A stretch of DNA of 53,739 bases, the filler included, from Asterionella formosa (lineage: Eukaryota), in assembly GCA_002256025.1 (NCBI GenBank). It is 4 parts of 4 records of this genome, joined end to end, with 100 filler letters (N's around TTAATTAATTAA, not from the genome) between each part and the next. Parts side by side here need not be neighbours in the genome. Positions count along the whole stretch, not along the records: positions 26,938 to 40,299 come from NKIB01006754.1; positions 40,400 to 53,739 come from NKIB01006768.1; 2 more parts are not named here. One strand, written 5' to 3'. Shown piece by piece: positions 36,316 to 49,859 of this stretch (the first letter of the stretch is position 1; every line of letters begins with the position of its first letter). Both the position numbers and the translations under genes were made by a program. The notes beneath the pieces were generated by a model. The model was not told the DNA's origin, did no database searches, and saw only the letters and a program-made list of their open reading frames with translations.

Positions 36316-39300
36316 GTCTGCAAATAAAAAGTATCATGCATATAGGATCAAGGGTATTGTACGCTAAGTGGCACAGGATTTTCATATATATGATAATTTT
36401 TGGATCAAAAATATGATCAAGGTATCTTGTAACTATGATGATTTATTAATATTTTACCAACCTTGAAGTATAATGATAATAAGAACATTATCATCACACA
36501 ATGCATATAAACTGATCAACAACATTTCCCATCAATATCATAAACCTTCTCATATTATTTTCACTTCTCGTGATTGCCCGATGCAAATTATAACTACAAC
36601 ATATCCTAAAACCAGCTCAACTCCATGCTATCATGTGAATTGTTTCGTCGTTAATCTATCGTAAACATGATCATAATTCTAATCACAAGCATTGTAAAAA
36701 AATTGAAATGGATTGTAATTTAACTATCAAATTTAGCAATGCTATCTATTAATCTACATGCCAGTGACCCAACGATTCTCTATCTACTCGGCTCAATGTA
36801 TATTGTTCCTGTCTTGCCAATTTCTTCCTCTTTTCTGAATCTTGTGCCAAGCAATGCCTTACTGATGCTGCGTCTCTTTCCCTGCTGTTAGTGTCATTCT
36901 GAACTTGCCGACTATTCCGTTGTTTGATCGGTTTTATTTTACTATGCATGCAGTTACAGTAACAATGAGAAGGAATGATTTGTTAGCAAGTAGTCATGTT
37001 ACATTGACAAAAGAACACGCAATTCCATCGTATCTTCTTGCTTCACTTACCACAAATCAATGCAACTGATGCATACGTCTGTAATAGTAACTGGTCAGTA
37101 AATTCTTGAATAAGTAAGTTTCGGGTATCCAATGTTGTCGAATAAAACTTACCGGTTCATTTTTGTCATATTAACTTTGAGAGAAGGTAAACGTTTTGTC
37201 AGTTTTGTTCCAACAGAAGTGAATAGGTCCAACGAGCGACAAGAACACTTACGCAATTTGGTTTGGTTTTACATTGGTGCTCCCCAACAAGCGAAACGAG
37301 CTGTTTAATCAACTGAGAAAAAAGGAAATGTGGCTGCGTTTAGTTAACAATTTGTTGTTGTCCTGCCTCCTAACGATTGTCATCCAAGTAGCTACCACAT
37401 TGATGGTTTCATTACCTTAAACATTCTCCATCCTTCGAAGGCGCAATGTGTCGAAGTCACAATGTTTTTCGTTATGTATTGCGTAAACTTTCTTTTCTTG
37501 TCATGTGCTTTACTACGACCTATCTTTTCATGAAGTAGCAGGCATTGTTTGTTAACATGACAGAACGATTTCAAAATTATTTGCCATGAATATAGTAATA
37601 AAATTTGTAAATATAAATATATATTTATGAAGTGTAATACATTAATAAAATTCAAAGGCGCTCTCGATATGGAACATCTGATATGGTTGAGATGATCATA
37701 CTCGCATATACATAATTCGACAATACTCAATGCACTATATGTCTATTGTTTTCCACGACTACGTGTACCGGTATTATTTCTGAAATTTGTTTGCATCGAT
37801 GTGTACCGCTATTATTTCTGAATTATTTAGACCATTCAATTGGTGTAAGTCATAACCGCAAGGGTTTTGGTAGTGGGAGCTCTTCATGTGTACCGGTACA
37901 TCATATGACAATAAGAATATATCATATATAGATACAGAGTACCAGTAGCAGGTAGTAAGTGATATACTGGAGTTAGTCGGAGTAGTAAACTAGCAACAGA
38001 ACACCATATGTTCAGGACTGTTGCTACTGCAGTGGGACAGTAAATCATCATAGTTTTAGGATCATATGATCATAAAACTAAAAACCAATAGTCGGAGTAA
38101 TAAGCAAGCAACAGAACACCATATCTCTATGACTTTTGCTACTGCAGCGGGACATTAAATGAATTTAAGATCATCAAACTTTTAGGAAGACAACGACAAC
38201 AGTTATCAAGTAGTACAATGCCTTCAAGAAACCATAAAGAGGTTCATGGAAACAAGCGACATGTGGCAAATACTGCCGGTACGGAACAAAGAAGCAAGTT
38301 CCAAAATGAGTTAACAAAGAGAAAGCGAACAGGCGATTATCCAAAACAACCCAATCGGCGATTGGGAGACGTTGGAAGTAATACCCCATCGTCGATGGGG
38401 ACACCATCAGCTACTAGTATAAAGGATCCCGTAATTGCAACTGACAGCGATGATGACGTTTCTACTTCAGTTATTGATACAAGAAAATTGGCTCCTGTCG
38501 ATGATACCATTAATAACTCCCGGATGCAGATGGACGACATGGTACCATATCATAAATTTTCTAATCGCACGGACCAACAAGTACATGAAAAACTGAGGGA
38601 AAAACATTTTGCACTTGCCAAAGGTTATTTTTAATTGGTCGATGAACTCAATCACTACAAAGGGTTCGGTTCAAAACTCGTCCATACGAGGTTATCAAGA
38701 CTCTTCAATTTTAGCAGCCTTATCAGAACGTCGTTCTCGCTTAGCTAAAATTGAACCATCAATTGCTTGTCACAAAGGTTGTGAGTTTTTTTGCTTTCAA
38801 GACCAAGAAGTTTTGCTGTGAACATGTAAGTTTGATGTTATAGTTTGTGAATTGCAGGTACTGTAAAACAGAATATCAATCTCATGTGCTTTTTTCTGGT
38901 CCCAAAAGAGAATCAAACATCCCGCCCTATCTGGTCCAAGTAATATGAAAGGCATTTCCAATCACAAACAGGATTGGTTTGCCGAAAGTTGCTTAACTCG
39001 GCTATACACAGTGAAACCGGAGTTAGGCAAAGAAGTGGAGAGTGACCAAGAGCTTGCCGATTTCATATGGAATGGTTCTGATGCACTACTTCCAATGAAT
39101 CAGACTATTAAACGTACTAACAAGGCACGTTTAGATTACATCAAATCAAAATTTGGTGGCATGTGCATTAAAAAGTTGAGCGAAAGAATGTCAGAACGTA
39201 TTAAATAATCAATTTAATGGAATCTTAAGTAAGTTCTTGCAGGGAGATGCTCCGAAAGCATGATTTTTTGAGTTGGTGATTATATTTTTATCAAATATGT

Positions 39301-40299
39301 TTCAATTTAAAAATGCTAACATAATTCATGACACACCAGCTGGTCTAACAGAATGTAACTAACTTCCAGACTATGGGTATTGATGACTATATAAGGTAGG
39401 CGTTGACGCTTTATCGTTTTGCGCAGTCAAAGGACATTGACAGGGGAAGCCATGGATACCAAGTCTGGCGTGATGTTCTTGCTCCGGTGTATTTTATAGG
39501 CAGGACAAGCTGTGGAGAAACATTTTTAACAGGAGACAAATCTGGTGTGACCAAGCCAAATTTCAACTCAGTCTTCTGGCACAGTGTGAATTGCAAACAC
39601 GTTTTGTTGGTTTGCTGATCAATGCCAGTACAGAAGCATTTTGCTTCTTGGTGCTGAAAGGAAAATTCCGATTGCAACAAAAATATTTGGGTTTCAATCC
39701 AGATAACCATGATATTTCAGAGAACGAAATTCGTCATTCTACCGATTTTTTCGACATTGGTGCGAAACCACTTATTAAAATAGTGTGAGTAAGGGAAGAA
39801 AGTTCAGTTTCAAATGGTCTCACTGATCAATGGACTGATGATATTGATTTAATCGTTCATTATAAGGAAATCTACACTGGACTTTCACAAAAGAATTCGA
39901 TCTGAATATGGAAGGAATCCTAGTGGAATCGCTACTCCCACCACAAATATCATCTACCCACACTCATACTTCTCATTTTCCAACTTAAGTAAAGAAGATA
40001 TGCATCAATTTGTTGAATTACTTCAACCAAATGTTCCTGAAAAGAATATTGATTATAATGACCGCATTAATCAACGGGACATTGATGACGATGTTGATTT
40101 TGAATGGATCTAATAGAATCCAATGCATACTTATTAGTTACATAATAATTATAGTTAGTGTGAGACTTCTACAATGCAAGCCATATCATAGATGATAGGA
40201 AAACATTGATTCTGCTCTATACTACTATTACTATTAGTGCCGCCTGTACTACATGTAGCGGTATACCTCCATTTTTACTACTATGGTGGAGTGATAATT
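36316..40299. mobile_element. large decayed unclassified DNA transposon or repeat adjoining the truncated Copia integrase
   Basis: Left terminus matches the reverse complement of 17070-17176; fragmented ORFs (38218-39788) and a ~116-bp duplication at 37975-38160; right end not identified (gap). Confidence 0.45.
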
Positions 40300-40399
40300 N
40301 NNNNNNNNNNNNNNNNNNNNNNNNNNNNNNNNNNNNNNNNNNNTTAATTAATTAANNNNNNNNNNNNNNNNNNNNNNNNNNNNNNNNNNNNNNNNNNNN
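40300..40399. other. assembly gap spacer
   Basis: N44-TTAATTAATTAA-N44. Confidence 0.97.
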
Positions 40400-41405
40400 T
40401 ATCTGCAATCCACACATTTGGATCCATCAATATTGCTTGATCAGTAGGAAATGTCATTCCACACAATAGAAATTCAACTCTTGATCCATTATCAACTGCC
40501 GATGCTGCAGTTTCTGCACTTCTGGACTTAAAACCCTCTGGCCTTTTATGTTTATTTTCTTCCTTCTCCCAACAATTTGCTTCTTTGTGCCCAACTTTTC
40601 CACAGTTGTTACATTTTCCATTGAACTTATCACCATTTCCTTTAGGTCTTGTTCCTTTTCCATCTTTATGCTCTTTATCTGGACACTTATTGGCTTTATG
40701 TCCCTTTTTCTTGCAATCATAGCAAACACCTCCAAATGCACTCAATGATATTTCAGCAGTATCATTGCCATCATTTGTCTTTGGGGTTTTCCTTTGTCTC
40801 CAAAATTGATTCATCGCAGTCTCTAAATCATTTAAAGTTAGATTATCACCACAAAGTCTCTGTTCCGATGTAAGTACTGCATGGTATTCTTCTGGTACTG
40901 CATCAAGTATGACAGCAATCAAATCACCTTCATCTATCTTGACCCCTGGAGCATTGCATTGATTCTCAATACTACTCACTTGCTCAAACAATGTAGCAGG
41001 GTCTTGGTTTTTCTTCATGGCCACTTTATTGAGCTTCTGCCTGAGCTCAACTCTTGTAATTGTGTCTTGAGGTCGATACTTCTTGTTCAGAGCTTCCATT
41101 ACCAAATAAGCAAGCCCACCTGGCCACTCTGGAGTCATCGCCTTGTAAACCAATCCCATTGTTCCTTCAGATGTGAAAGCCATTGACAAATTAGCCAATG
41201 CTTTCAACCTGCCATCATCAGTTGTTTCATCAATCAACTCATCTTCTCTTGCTGGCATCATAGCCTGTGGAGCTAATGCCTCAGCAAATCTGCTAACAGT
41301 GGTAAATGCTCTAAATCGAGTATTCCACATTTGAAATTTCTTGTGGTATCCATCAAACATTGGAAGTCTCACACTCATCTTGTCACTATCCTTGGATCCA
41401 TCCAT
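40400..41405 (-). CDS. Ty1/Copia gag(-pol) polyprotein N-terminus, truncated by the gap
   Basis: Open ORF with a gag core, two CCHC knuckles (CYDCKKKGHKANKC, CNNCGKVGHKEANC) and the protease start WIAD at the gap edge. Confidence 0.92.
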
Positions 41406-41481
41406 TGTGACTTACAATCTTTTGTTTTCTTTCTTTCACCGACAATCAGCCTCTGGGTCCTAACCTTTATACTTCGAAGTA

Positions 41482-41706
41482 TGTTGAAGGGCTCCAAAGA
41501 CTACCTTACTCAAGTCAAGATCTCTCAGATTGTGAACTAATTGTAATTATATCTAAACTATCAATCCTGCCAACTGGTCCTGCCAAACTTAATCCTGTCA
41601 AATTCAATCTTACCAAATACAATTCAAGACTTCTACTCCAACTAATTTTGATCCCACTGTCAGTCCCATGAAACATTTCACGACTTGACTCATCAGACTC
41701 TCAACG
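41482..41706 (-). mobile_element. Copia 5' LTR (~225 bp)
   Basis: Minus strand CGTTGA...TCAACA (one change from canonical TGTTGA); followed by a palindrome and the PBS-like GGTTAGGACCCAG, then the gag ATG. Confidence 0.7.
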
Positions 41707-43473
41707 TCACCCGGAGTCTTTATAGCCTCCAACATCCGCCTCATGTGTTGTTGTGTTAACTTTGGCGTCCATCCTGTCATGTTGTTGTTCGTCCAGATCT
41801 TTCGAAATCTTGAAGTATGCACATATATATTGTCTTGCTCGCCTTGAAAAATGTCTTATCCTTTTTGTTGTTAACACTTTTTCTGTTGACATGCTCTCTC
41901 ACACCACAGACCTGAATTCTCTTTACCCTTTTTCCTCTTCAGAGAAACCCGATGGTAAAAATTTCTTGGCGCAACTCCAAGAATACTCGATTCCCTCTCC
42001 TGCAAGTTCACAGTGACATTTCGGCGTTCGGTCAACAAGTACTCCCATTTCCTTTCCCATTGACTGCAATAGTGTCTCCTCTTCCTCGAAATCAAGACAG
42101 TTTCCCTTCAGCGACTTCAAAGAAAAATCTTTCTGCACAAATCCAAATGTATCTTTTGCTTTAGTCTCTTCAATTCTTGGTAAGTTGTGTTCTTGCGCCT
42201 TAGACTGTATTACTTGCTTCTTACCCTTTGCTAACATTCCTCTTTGCCTTAGTTGTTTAAGGAGCTCATCCTTTGTGTATTGTCTTGTGATTGTTTGCCC
42301 TTCCAGTACCAAGTCATGGCGCTTTTGATCTTGTTCAGCTTCAGTCATCCAGAATGGTCCGGTGTCATCTATTCTGAATAACATTGATTGCATTGATTGC
42401 GTTTTTTCCAGCTAAGGTAAGTGAGGTCCCAGGTAACCATGTGTTTGCCATTTTCCTCAACCGTTTTTGGGCACCTCCATAGGACTTAGTCATTAGTTCC
42501 ACATTTAAGCCATCTTCTTTCTGACGGTCGTGCCCACAGGAGTGATCAAAAAGAAACAAGAAATCGAATTGAGGGTAGAGTACTTTGAGAACATCAATGC
42601 AATCTTCGAGCTGCAATACCATGTGCTGATAGGACCAGTAGCCTTCTGATTTTGCCCCATATTCGAATTCTCTAACAAATGGTGTTCTGATGATTCATCA
42701 CTCCCCCCTAGCAATAATAGTCTACTAGTTGCTTCTTTCTTGCCCTCTTCTTCTCCTTCTTGTTGTTCACTTGTCCTTTTCCTTGAATTTAATTCATCTC
42801 CTAGACCAGACTTAGTAATTTTACTATTTGAATCAAAGGCAGTATGTAGAGTAACTTCTTTCTCTAATAGTTGAGGTGAATTACTACTACCACTACTAGA
42901 TGAATTTACATGGTGACCATCACGAAAATTTTGACCATCATTACCCCAGTTTCCATTTCTTAGTAGTAGCCTCTTCAATGGAACACATTTCTCTTCCCAT
43001 TCAGATGAATTATCATATGTAGGAAGCATAGGAACCGCTGATACTGTCTTTCCTGTAATGTAAATAATTCTTTGCCTACTTTTGACTTTCGTTTGATACT
43101 CATGTCGAAATACCATCACCTTCTTGCCTGTGGAAATTGTGACCTCGTTTGACTCCAAAGATTGATTTGGAAAAACCTTATTGAGATACCTTATCAATCT
43201 ATTAGTATTAAATTGTATGTTATCGCCAAAAGAGTACTTTTCGTGAAGATATTCCCTGAATTGATCGACCGGCAACCAAACACCATGAATGGCAGGGTCA
43301 CTGATGGCGGCCATAGCAGATGTTGCTATAACTTTTTGAATATCATGTGAAAAGTGATTCCCCAAAAGCATTTCACTCATGAATATACAAACGAATATAA
43401 AAGCCTTTGGGGAATCACTTTTGCACAGGAAACGGCGGCGATATTGAGCAACATGGTGAGCCGATCGAAGCAA
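41707..43473 (-). pseudogene. IS630/Tc1-related DDE transposase remnant with internal deletion
   Basis: FEYGAKSEGYWSYQHMVLQLEDC, FLFLFDHSCGH, TPKCHCELAGEGIEYSW and RHFSRRARQYI in successive frames; N-terminal region 43473-42690 is joined out of frame. Confidence 0.75.
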
Positions 43474-43852
43474 ACAAATCGGCGCAATATACCTTCCTAC
43501 GGTAGGGATAAGGATAATATTTTGTACCAGCGCTACGTGGGCTACTATAATTATTCTTTTGATGCAACCAGCCTAGGGTTCCGTGTGTTGTGGCAGACAC
43601 CGGCAAGTTATGTGTTGGGGACAAGGTCGAGATTGTTTCACGACAATGCACAGATAGACAATTTTGTGTGGCGTACTAACTATAGAAGTAATTGACATCA
43701 TGTATATTTGCCTATGTAAATATATTTGTATCAAATAAGAAGCCAGCATCATCATCATCCAACAACATCCAAATTCCAAATTCGCAGTTGGTCAATTTGT
43801 GTGACAAGGCTTTTTGACTACTGCAAGGCATCTCTTACCAATTCCTTTCAAC

Positions 43853-44973
43853 ATGTCAGGAGCATTTTCCTTTTCAGCCCCTCGATTTACTATTGATGAT
43901 GAGAGGCGAGAAGTCGATGGCATGAGTCTCGATGAACGAGAAGAAGTACGCCGCGACCTCTACGGTACCTACATACTGCCACTTGAAACAGATGAACGAA
44001 TCGCTCTATCTTTGGCTGCAATGCAAGAATGCATCACTCTACTACCTGAGAAGGAAGCGTACGAAATGGCGACTCAGCGCTGTCCTGGACTTTTTACTAC
44101 AGAATCGGCGCCCATTCGATTCCTCCGCAGTGAAAACTACAATCCAGAGGTACGTCAACGAACTGATGAGAAGATTGTGAGAGTTGGATCGACCTAGTAT
44201 CAACCAAGCTCAGACAAAGACTGACTTCCCCTCGTTCATTTTTACAGCAAGCAGCCCTTCGAATGATCATGTATTGGAAGGAACGCATGTTGCTTTTTGA
44301 CGATCGTGCATTTCTTCCCCTGACTCTTGAAGATGGTGCGCTAAGACCAATGGATGTTGATGCACTTGCTTGCGGTCACATTGAAATCCTTCCAGATGAT
44401 GACCATAATCGACTGGTTCTTGTTCATGATCGAAGTAGATTTCGGATGAAAGGTCTTGATCAAGAAAGCGTGGTAAGTGTTTGTTTGTCCTGACGTTATA
44501 GTCCATTGCTTGGTTCCGTTCTCACCACGTTTTACATTATTTTCACTCAGCTCCGTTCAATTTGGTATGTAATTCATGCAGCATTAGAAGCCAAGGAAGA
44601 ATACTGCCGAACCGGGGTGGTCTATGTGATCCCGTCGATGCACACTATCCCTCATCATTTTTCACGAAAACACATCAAGCGTCTATGGTTCTCTGTTCGA
44701 GAATGTTTTCCGGTGAAATTGAGAGCCATTCATGCTTGTCATCCATGCTCTATGACAGATCATATGCTACCTGTTATCAGGCAGGTAATGGGACGAGATT
44801 TACGTAGACGTTGGCAAGGCCACACTGGTACCAAGGAAGATGTGTTGAGCAAGTTAGAGGGGTTTGGCTTGAAGTCAGCGAATTTGCCCCGCAGCATTGG
44901 AGGAATGTGGAACCACACGATATTTCAATGGATCGAAACCAGACGGCATCATGAACAGCTGCAAGCAAGGTGA
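43853..44973 (+). CDS. CRAL-TRIO/Sec14-like lipid-binding domain protein, 314 aa; exons 43853-44149, 44248-44472, 44551-44973
   Basis: Two phase-0 GT-AG introns (44150-44247, 44473-44550) join the ORFs; RFLRSENYNP..AALRMIMYWKER, FPVKLRAIH and LPRSIGG motifs. Confidence 0.88.
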
Positions 44974-45779
44974 ATGGGGTAGGACTCATGAACCCTTTGT
45001 GAGGAAGGGACAAATTGCATGTTACTGCTAAACTTCATCTGATACCGAATTTTCAAAGTGAATTGTTCATGTTTTGGAAAATCTTGTTTGCTCCCTTGCT
45101 AATATCATATTTTCAATGAACTGATGGCACTGCCATGTACAACTATACCACTAATAGAAGTGAAGTCAGCTGTCCAAGCTATAATGCATGTACAAAACAA
45201 ACTTTGGATAGAAGCAACATAACAACACACCGTAATTTACACAAAATAGGTTTCATCTTAAAGGGCCAATCTTAAAACAGATACAAAAATCAAAAAAAAT
45301 GTGTTGCTCGGCCCAATTTGTTGTATCTCACATATCCAGGGATATGTTGCTTCCAGCAACACATTTTTTGTTGTTCCAAAATGTGGATCTGTGTGTATCG
45401 CTGCAGATACATTGTTAAGCAACACTAATTTTATAAATGTAATATATGTCATGTAATTAAATTAATCAACAAAGACACCATTTTGATCTCTAATGGCAAC
45501 AACAGAAATGAATTTTGGGAGGAGGGATTCTCAGCAGCAATTATTATTATCACTAGCCACTCATGCAATAATACTCTTCATCACTTGTAAACGGCTTGCA
45601 CAATGGCATCATTTGAATCTTCAGACAATGAAACGTACTCTGCAGCAAGGAAAAAAGATGACTAGTGGGTTGCAAGTATCACTCCTGCTGATTTTTTCAT
45701 TGACAACGAAGGCTCTTTGATGACAATAAATGGCATGCTCATTCAACAGATATTGCTACAAGTAATCATGTCTTCCATT

Positions 45780-46700
45780 GTATTTGCATTCTTTTTAAAA
45801 TCGCCGGATACAGAAACAAAGTAAAGATTATAATGATTACACTCATGAAGAATTGGTTAAAGACTCTTGATCTTTGAGGCATGATGGGGTACAACAAAAA
45901 GTCATCAAAGAAGCAAAGAGGTATCTGAAAAGAAATGATGCTCCCTTTATTCCTGAATCATCAACAAGGTCATCTCCTCGCCTAAAGAAGTATCTGAAAA
46001 GAAAAGGCGCTCCCTTTACTCCTGAATCATCAAAAAGGAAGTCTCCTCGCCTACTAATAGCAAAGCAACTTTCTACTACCAGTGAAGATATTGCCAATGA
46101 CTCATGTACAGATTCCGAATTATCTCCTTCCCAATTGTCTGCATTTCCACCATCTCCAGTTCCTGCTGATATTTTATTGAATGACGATTCTGAAAGATCC
46201 CACCAGATTATTAAGAAACAGGGACGAACTCCCAAGAATCAGAGGAAAAGAAATGCTGCAACTGCTCCCAAATATATTAAGAAGCATGGCACATACTATC
46301 GAGTAATTAATGTCTTCTTCGAGCAAGCGAGGATGAGAAACATCGGCAAGATATTTTGTGTCTTGGGAATAATCCAACTATGTGTGAGTTGGATGCAAGG
46401 AAATTTTTCCATAAAGCAGTTTGGGACAAGTTATTGGATTCCCACATAGACATAGACAATGCTGGATCCATGGCATTCAAACACACCCAGTTTGAATACC
46501 ATGGAATTGATGAATAACTATCCCCTCACTTTTGAAATGTTGGATAGCAAACAATTTCCAGAGGTTATGGAATTTATAAATGCGCATTATAAGATCTGTT
46601 TCAATGATAACAAAGTATCTGGTCAACACAATAACTTTGACAATTTCACTCAAAACTGGCCTTATTGTTTGTACTATCATTTATACCTAATTCCTTCCAG
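45780..46700 (+). pseudogene. putative Harbinger accessory protein remnant
   Basis: Fragmented basic ORFs convergent with the Harbinger transposase; contains a 69-bp duplication (45918-46053). Confidence 0.4.
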
Positions 46701-46720
46701 TTATACTTTGTATGCTACAT

Positions 46721-47823
46721 TTATCCTATTTCAATCAGTTCACGCATGACATCGGCGAAGCACATTACCCGGAGGTCGCCTAAACCCATTGTTGGTGACA
46801 ACATCAAGAATAATTTGCCAAATCTGTGAAATACCTTGCAATACAGCATCCAACTTCCTGACAGTTGGAAGATAAACCCAGGAGCATTGGGCATTGGATC
46901 AACAAGCTCCAAACTAGTCAGAAATTCCATTCCACTAGCAAGTTCTTTCTTTTTATCATCATCCATGAGTAAGCAAAAATTGTGTAAGCGTGCCCAAGCA
47001 GAAAGAATTGCAACTGATTTCTTCATCCTGAAGGACAATGATGTCCTCAGGATCCTCCATTTATTGGTGAGCAATCCAAACCTCATCTCAATTCTATTGC
47101 GTAGTTGTGGAAGGAAATAGCAGTTGTATGCATCTTTGTTTGTTGATTCCCTTTGAATTCCAACAAATGGACAGAGCACTTGATCAGTAAATGTGTAAGC
47201 AGCATCACCTACTACTATGTATTGTCCTACTAGAAGAAGGTTGGATACAATCTTAAAAAGTTTTGTTCTTTCAAATGCCTTCTGATCTGGACATTTTCCT
47301 GGTGCCACAACACCAAAGTATAGGAAACAACAATTGCTGTCACAAAGAGCTTGAACATTCAATCCATATGACATATAATGCCCAGACCAATATGCTTGAG
47401 TGAAGCCATCACAATCCTTTTTTCTTGGTTTAGAAATAGTCTGTAAATATCCATCTATAGCACCAATGCATCCACAAAATAGTTGCTGCTCGTTTTTTCA
47501 AGGAATCCATTCATCACTGTTTGTTTCTCCTTGTTTGTTGTAGGGAATTTTACTGATAATGCTATGCAGGACTTCACCGCATCAAGGAATGTTTTAGTGA
47601 GGATGGCATAGACAGATGGATAAGAAACTCCATAGACATGACGAATGTCTATGAGGTTTCCGCCTGCAAGCCAGCGAAGTCCGATGGCAAGGATCACCTC
47701 AGGATAAATATGCTGATTTGAGATGTATAAACCGGAACTTGCATTTGATTTAACAACATTAACTGTGATGGAAGGTCGAAGGAGTTCCAGTACCGGTAGT
47801 TGATTGAAAGCTTCAAGAGACAT
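46721..47823 (-). pseudogene. PIF/Harbinger (DDE_Tnp_4/HARBI1-like) transposase pseudogene
   Basis: LAIGLRWLAGG, CGCIGAIDG, GLNVQALCD, GDAAY, RIEMRFGLLTNKWRIL and ARLHNFC motifs; frameshifted. Confidence 0.92.
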
Positions 47824-47983
47824 TGTTGGGAGTTTTGAACGGTAAAAGACAGTTATTTACTGTATGGAAAACATGGCTAAATTTGTCATTTACCGCAACT
47901 TTGCCCTTGATATACCAGTACAACAATAACATCGGATTACATTTGTTTTACCAGGTACCTGGTACCCCGCAGGGGGGGGGGGT

Positions 47984-49855
47984 TGAGCGATCTTGCTCAA
48001 CAACAGACACACCTATAGGGTTAGGTTTACATAGATACATCAGAACTCTATCAGGAGAGAACTCGACTAACACCTATTTGAATACTTTAGTGTCCACCTA
48101 GGAGATCGAGTTTCACACAAGGATTAACTAATAAGCTCGCCATACACTACTACTTCTATTTAGATACTTTGAAATCAAAACGAGTCAAATTAGAATTAAC
48201 AATGTTGATGTATTCTTCTCAAGTACCAGTGGTCCCATTGATCCAGCAACAGTTTGAATTGTAAAAAGAAAGCAACACAGACCAATTGATTTTCTCGGTT
48301 TCGACTTAGTTTGAGAGTCAATAATCATTCTAAGATCGTCACAAGGACCCAAAGCATGGATTCTACCATGATACAAGAGCGCTGAAGGCAATCATGTGAT
48401 AGTCAAGAAAACAAGCGTGACTGGTGTCAATTTTCTAACACAAAATCGTCTATAAATAGTTAAAGTTGAATCAAGAAGCTAAGCGGGACTGGTGTCGAGT
48501 TTTAACACGAAATTGTCTTTATATAGTTAAAGTTGAAGGCAATCATGTGATGCATCAAGAGACCAAGCGGAACTGGTGTCAATTTTTTAACACGAAATTG
48601 TCTTTATATAGTTGAAGTTGAAGGCAACCATATAATGCATCGAAAAACCAAGCGTGACTAGCTAGTGTCACTATTAACAAAAGATCGTCTTCGCATTGCT
48701 GAAGTCAATTGTATAATGCATCAAGAAAACAAGTGTGTGAATTTAAGAAATTTTTACACAATATTTTTACATGAAGCGGTTGTGTTAATGCACATGCAAT
48801 CATGATCGCAGCCAGCCATGCATGCAGTTGTGAACCAACAGTCAAACATAAGGTGGCCCCTCAATTTTATCTTATTACTAACACTTTCACTGCTAAACCA
48901 GTTACTGTTCCTCTTGCATGGAATTTTTTGCAGAGCAAACTATCATAGTGACACAGCTAATCCTATTCATGTTTTCTGCCTTGCATGCATGTTTCTACAA
49001 ATCCATGGGTTAGCCCCCCCTATGACTATATCTGGTTAGGGTACTGTGCCGAGGGCCATACATGCCGAATTTTATGAATCTGCCAAGGAAAATTTAGTGA
49101 TCATGAACCCTCCTGTTGGGCAGCTAGTGGCCATTGTGCCTAAAATCCAGCAGAATGCTGAACAGATCGCCTTAAAGTAAAACAGTCTACAAGTTATGTT
49201 AAAGGCTCATCCTCCAATCAATGAATTTCAAGGCTCAGATTATTGTGGATGCATGTTTTGCAGCTGCATCATATGCAGCTCGAGCTACTATTTATAGTGC
49301 ATTGCATATTTCACCAGGAACATGGGTTTTTCAACATGATATGATAGTAAATATTCCTTTGATTAAAGATTTTCAATTAATATTGGAATATCAATGTCGA
49401 CAAGTGATTATTGAAAAATTTCTACATCGTGCTAATTTCCATCATTGTTCTTATGATTACAAAGTTGGTGATGAGATTTTAATTCTGTTGGATAATCCTA
49501 CTTCCTTGGATGACCATTGATGAGGTCCTTATTCTATTATTCAAGTATATGCCAATGGTACAGTTACTTTTCAATGAACCATGCATATTACAGAATGAAT
49601 TAATATTCATCATTTCAAACCTTTTCATAGGTGAAAGGTTTTCCCTTGGTGTGGGAGAGTGAGCAATCTTGCTCAATTACAGACACACCTATAGGGTTAG
49701 GTTTACATAGATATATCAGAACTCTATCAGGAGAGAACTCAACTAACACCTTTTTAAATACTTAAGTGTCAACATAGGAGATCGAGTTGCACACAAGGAT
49801 TAACTAATAAGCTCATATAATCAACAAATACTAGTACTTCTAGTTATATACTTCA
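47984..49855 (+). mobile_element. internally deleted Ty3/Gypsy element with two ~190-bp LTRs (47984-~48168 and 49660-49855)
   Basis: Direct repeats TGAGCRATCTTGCTCAA...tacttca; integrase C-terminal relic (YAARATIYSALHISPG..YDYKVGDEIL..PYSIIQVYANGTV) followed by a PPT (GTGGGAGAG) before the 3' LTR; ~75-bp internal tandem repeats at 48385-48740. Confidence 0.85.
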
Positions 49856-49859
49856 CGGG

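Noticed and set aside
34860..41706. Copia gag (40400-41405) and pol relic (34860-36315) as one element
   Set aside because: They are on the same strand, but an assembly gap separates them, gag is intact while pol is heavily decayed, and no matching 3' LTR is seen; probably different elements.
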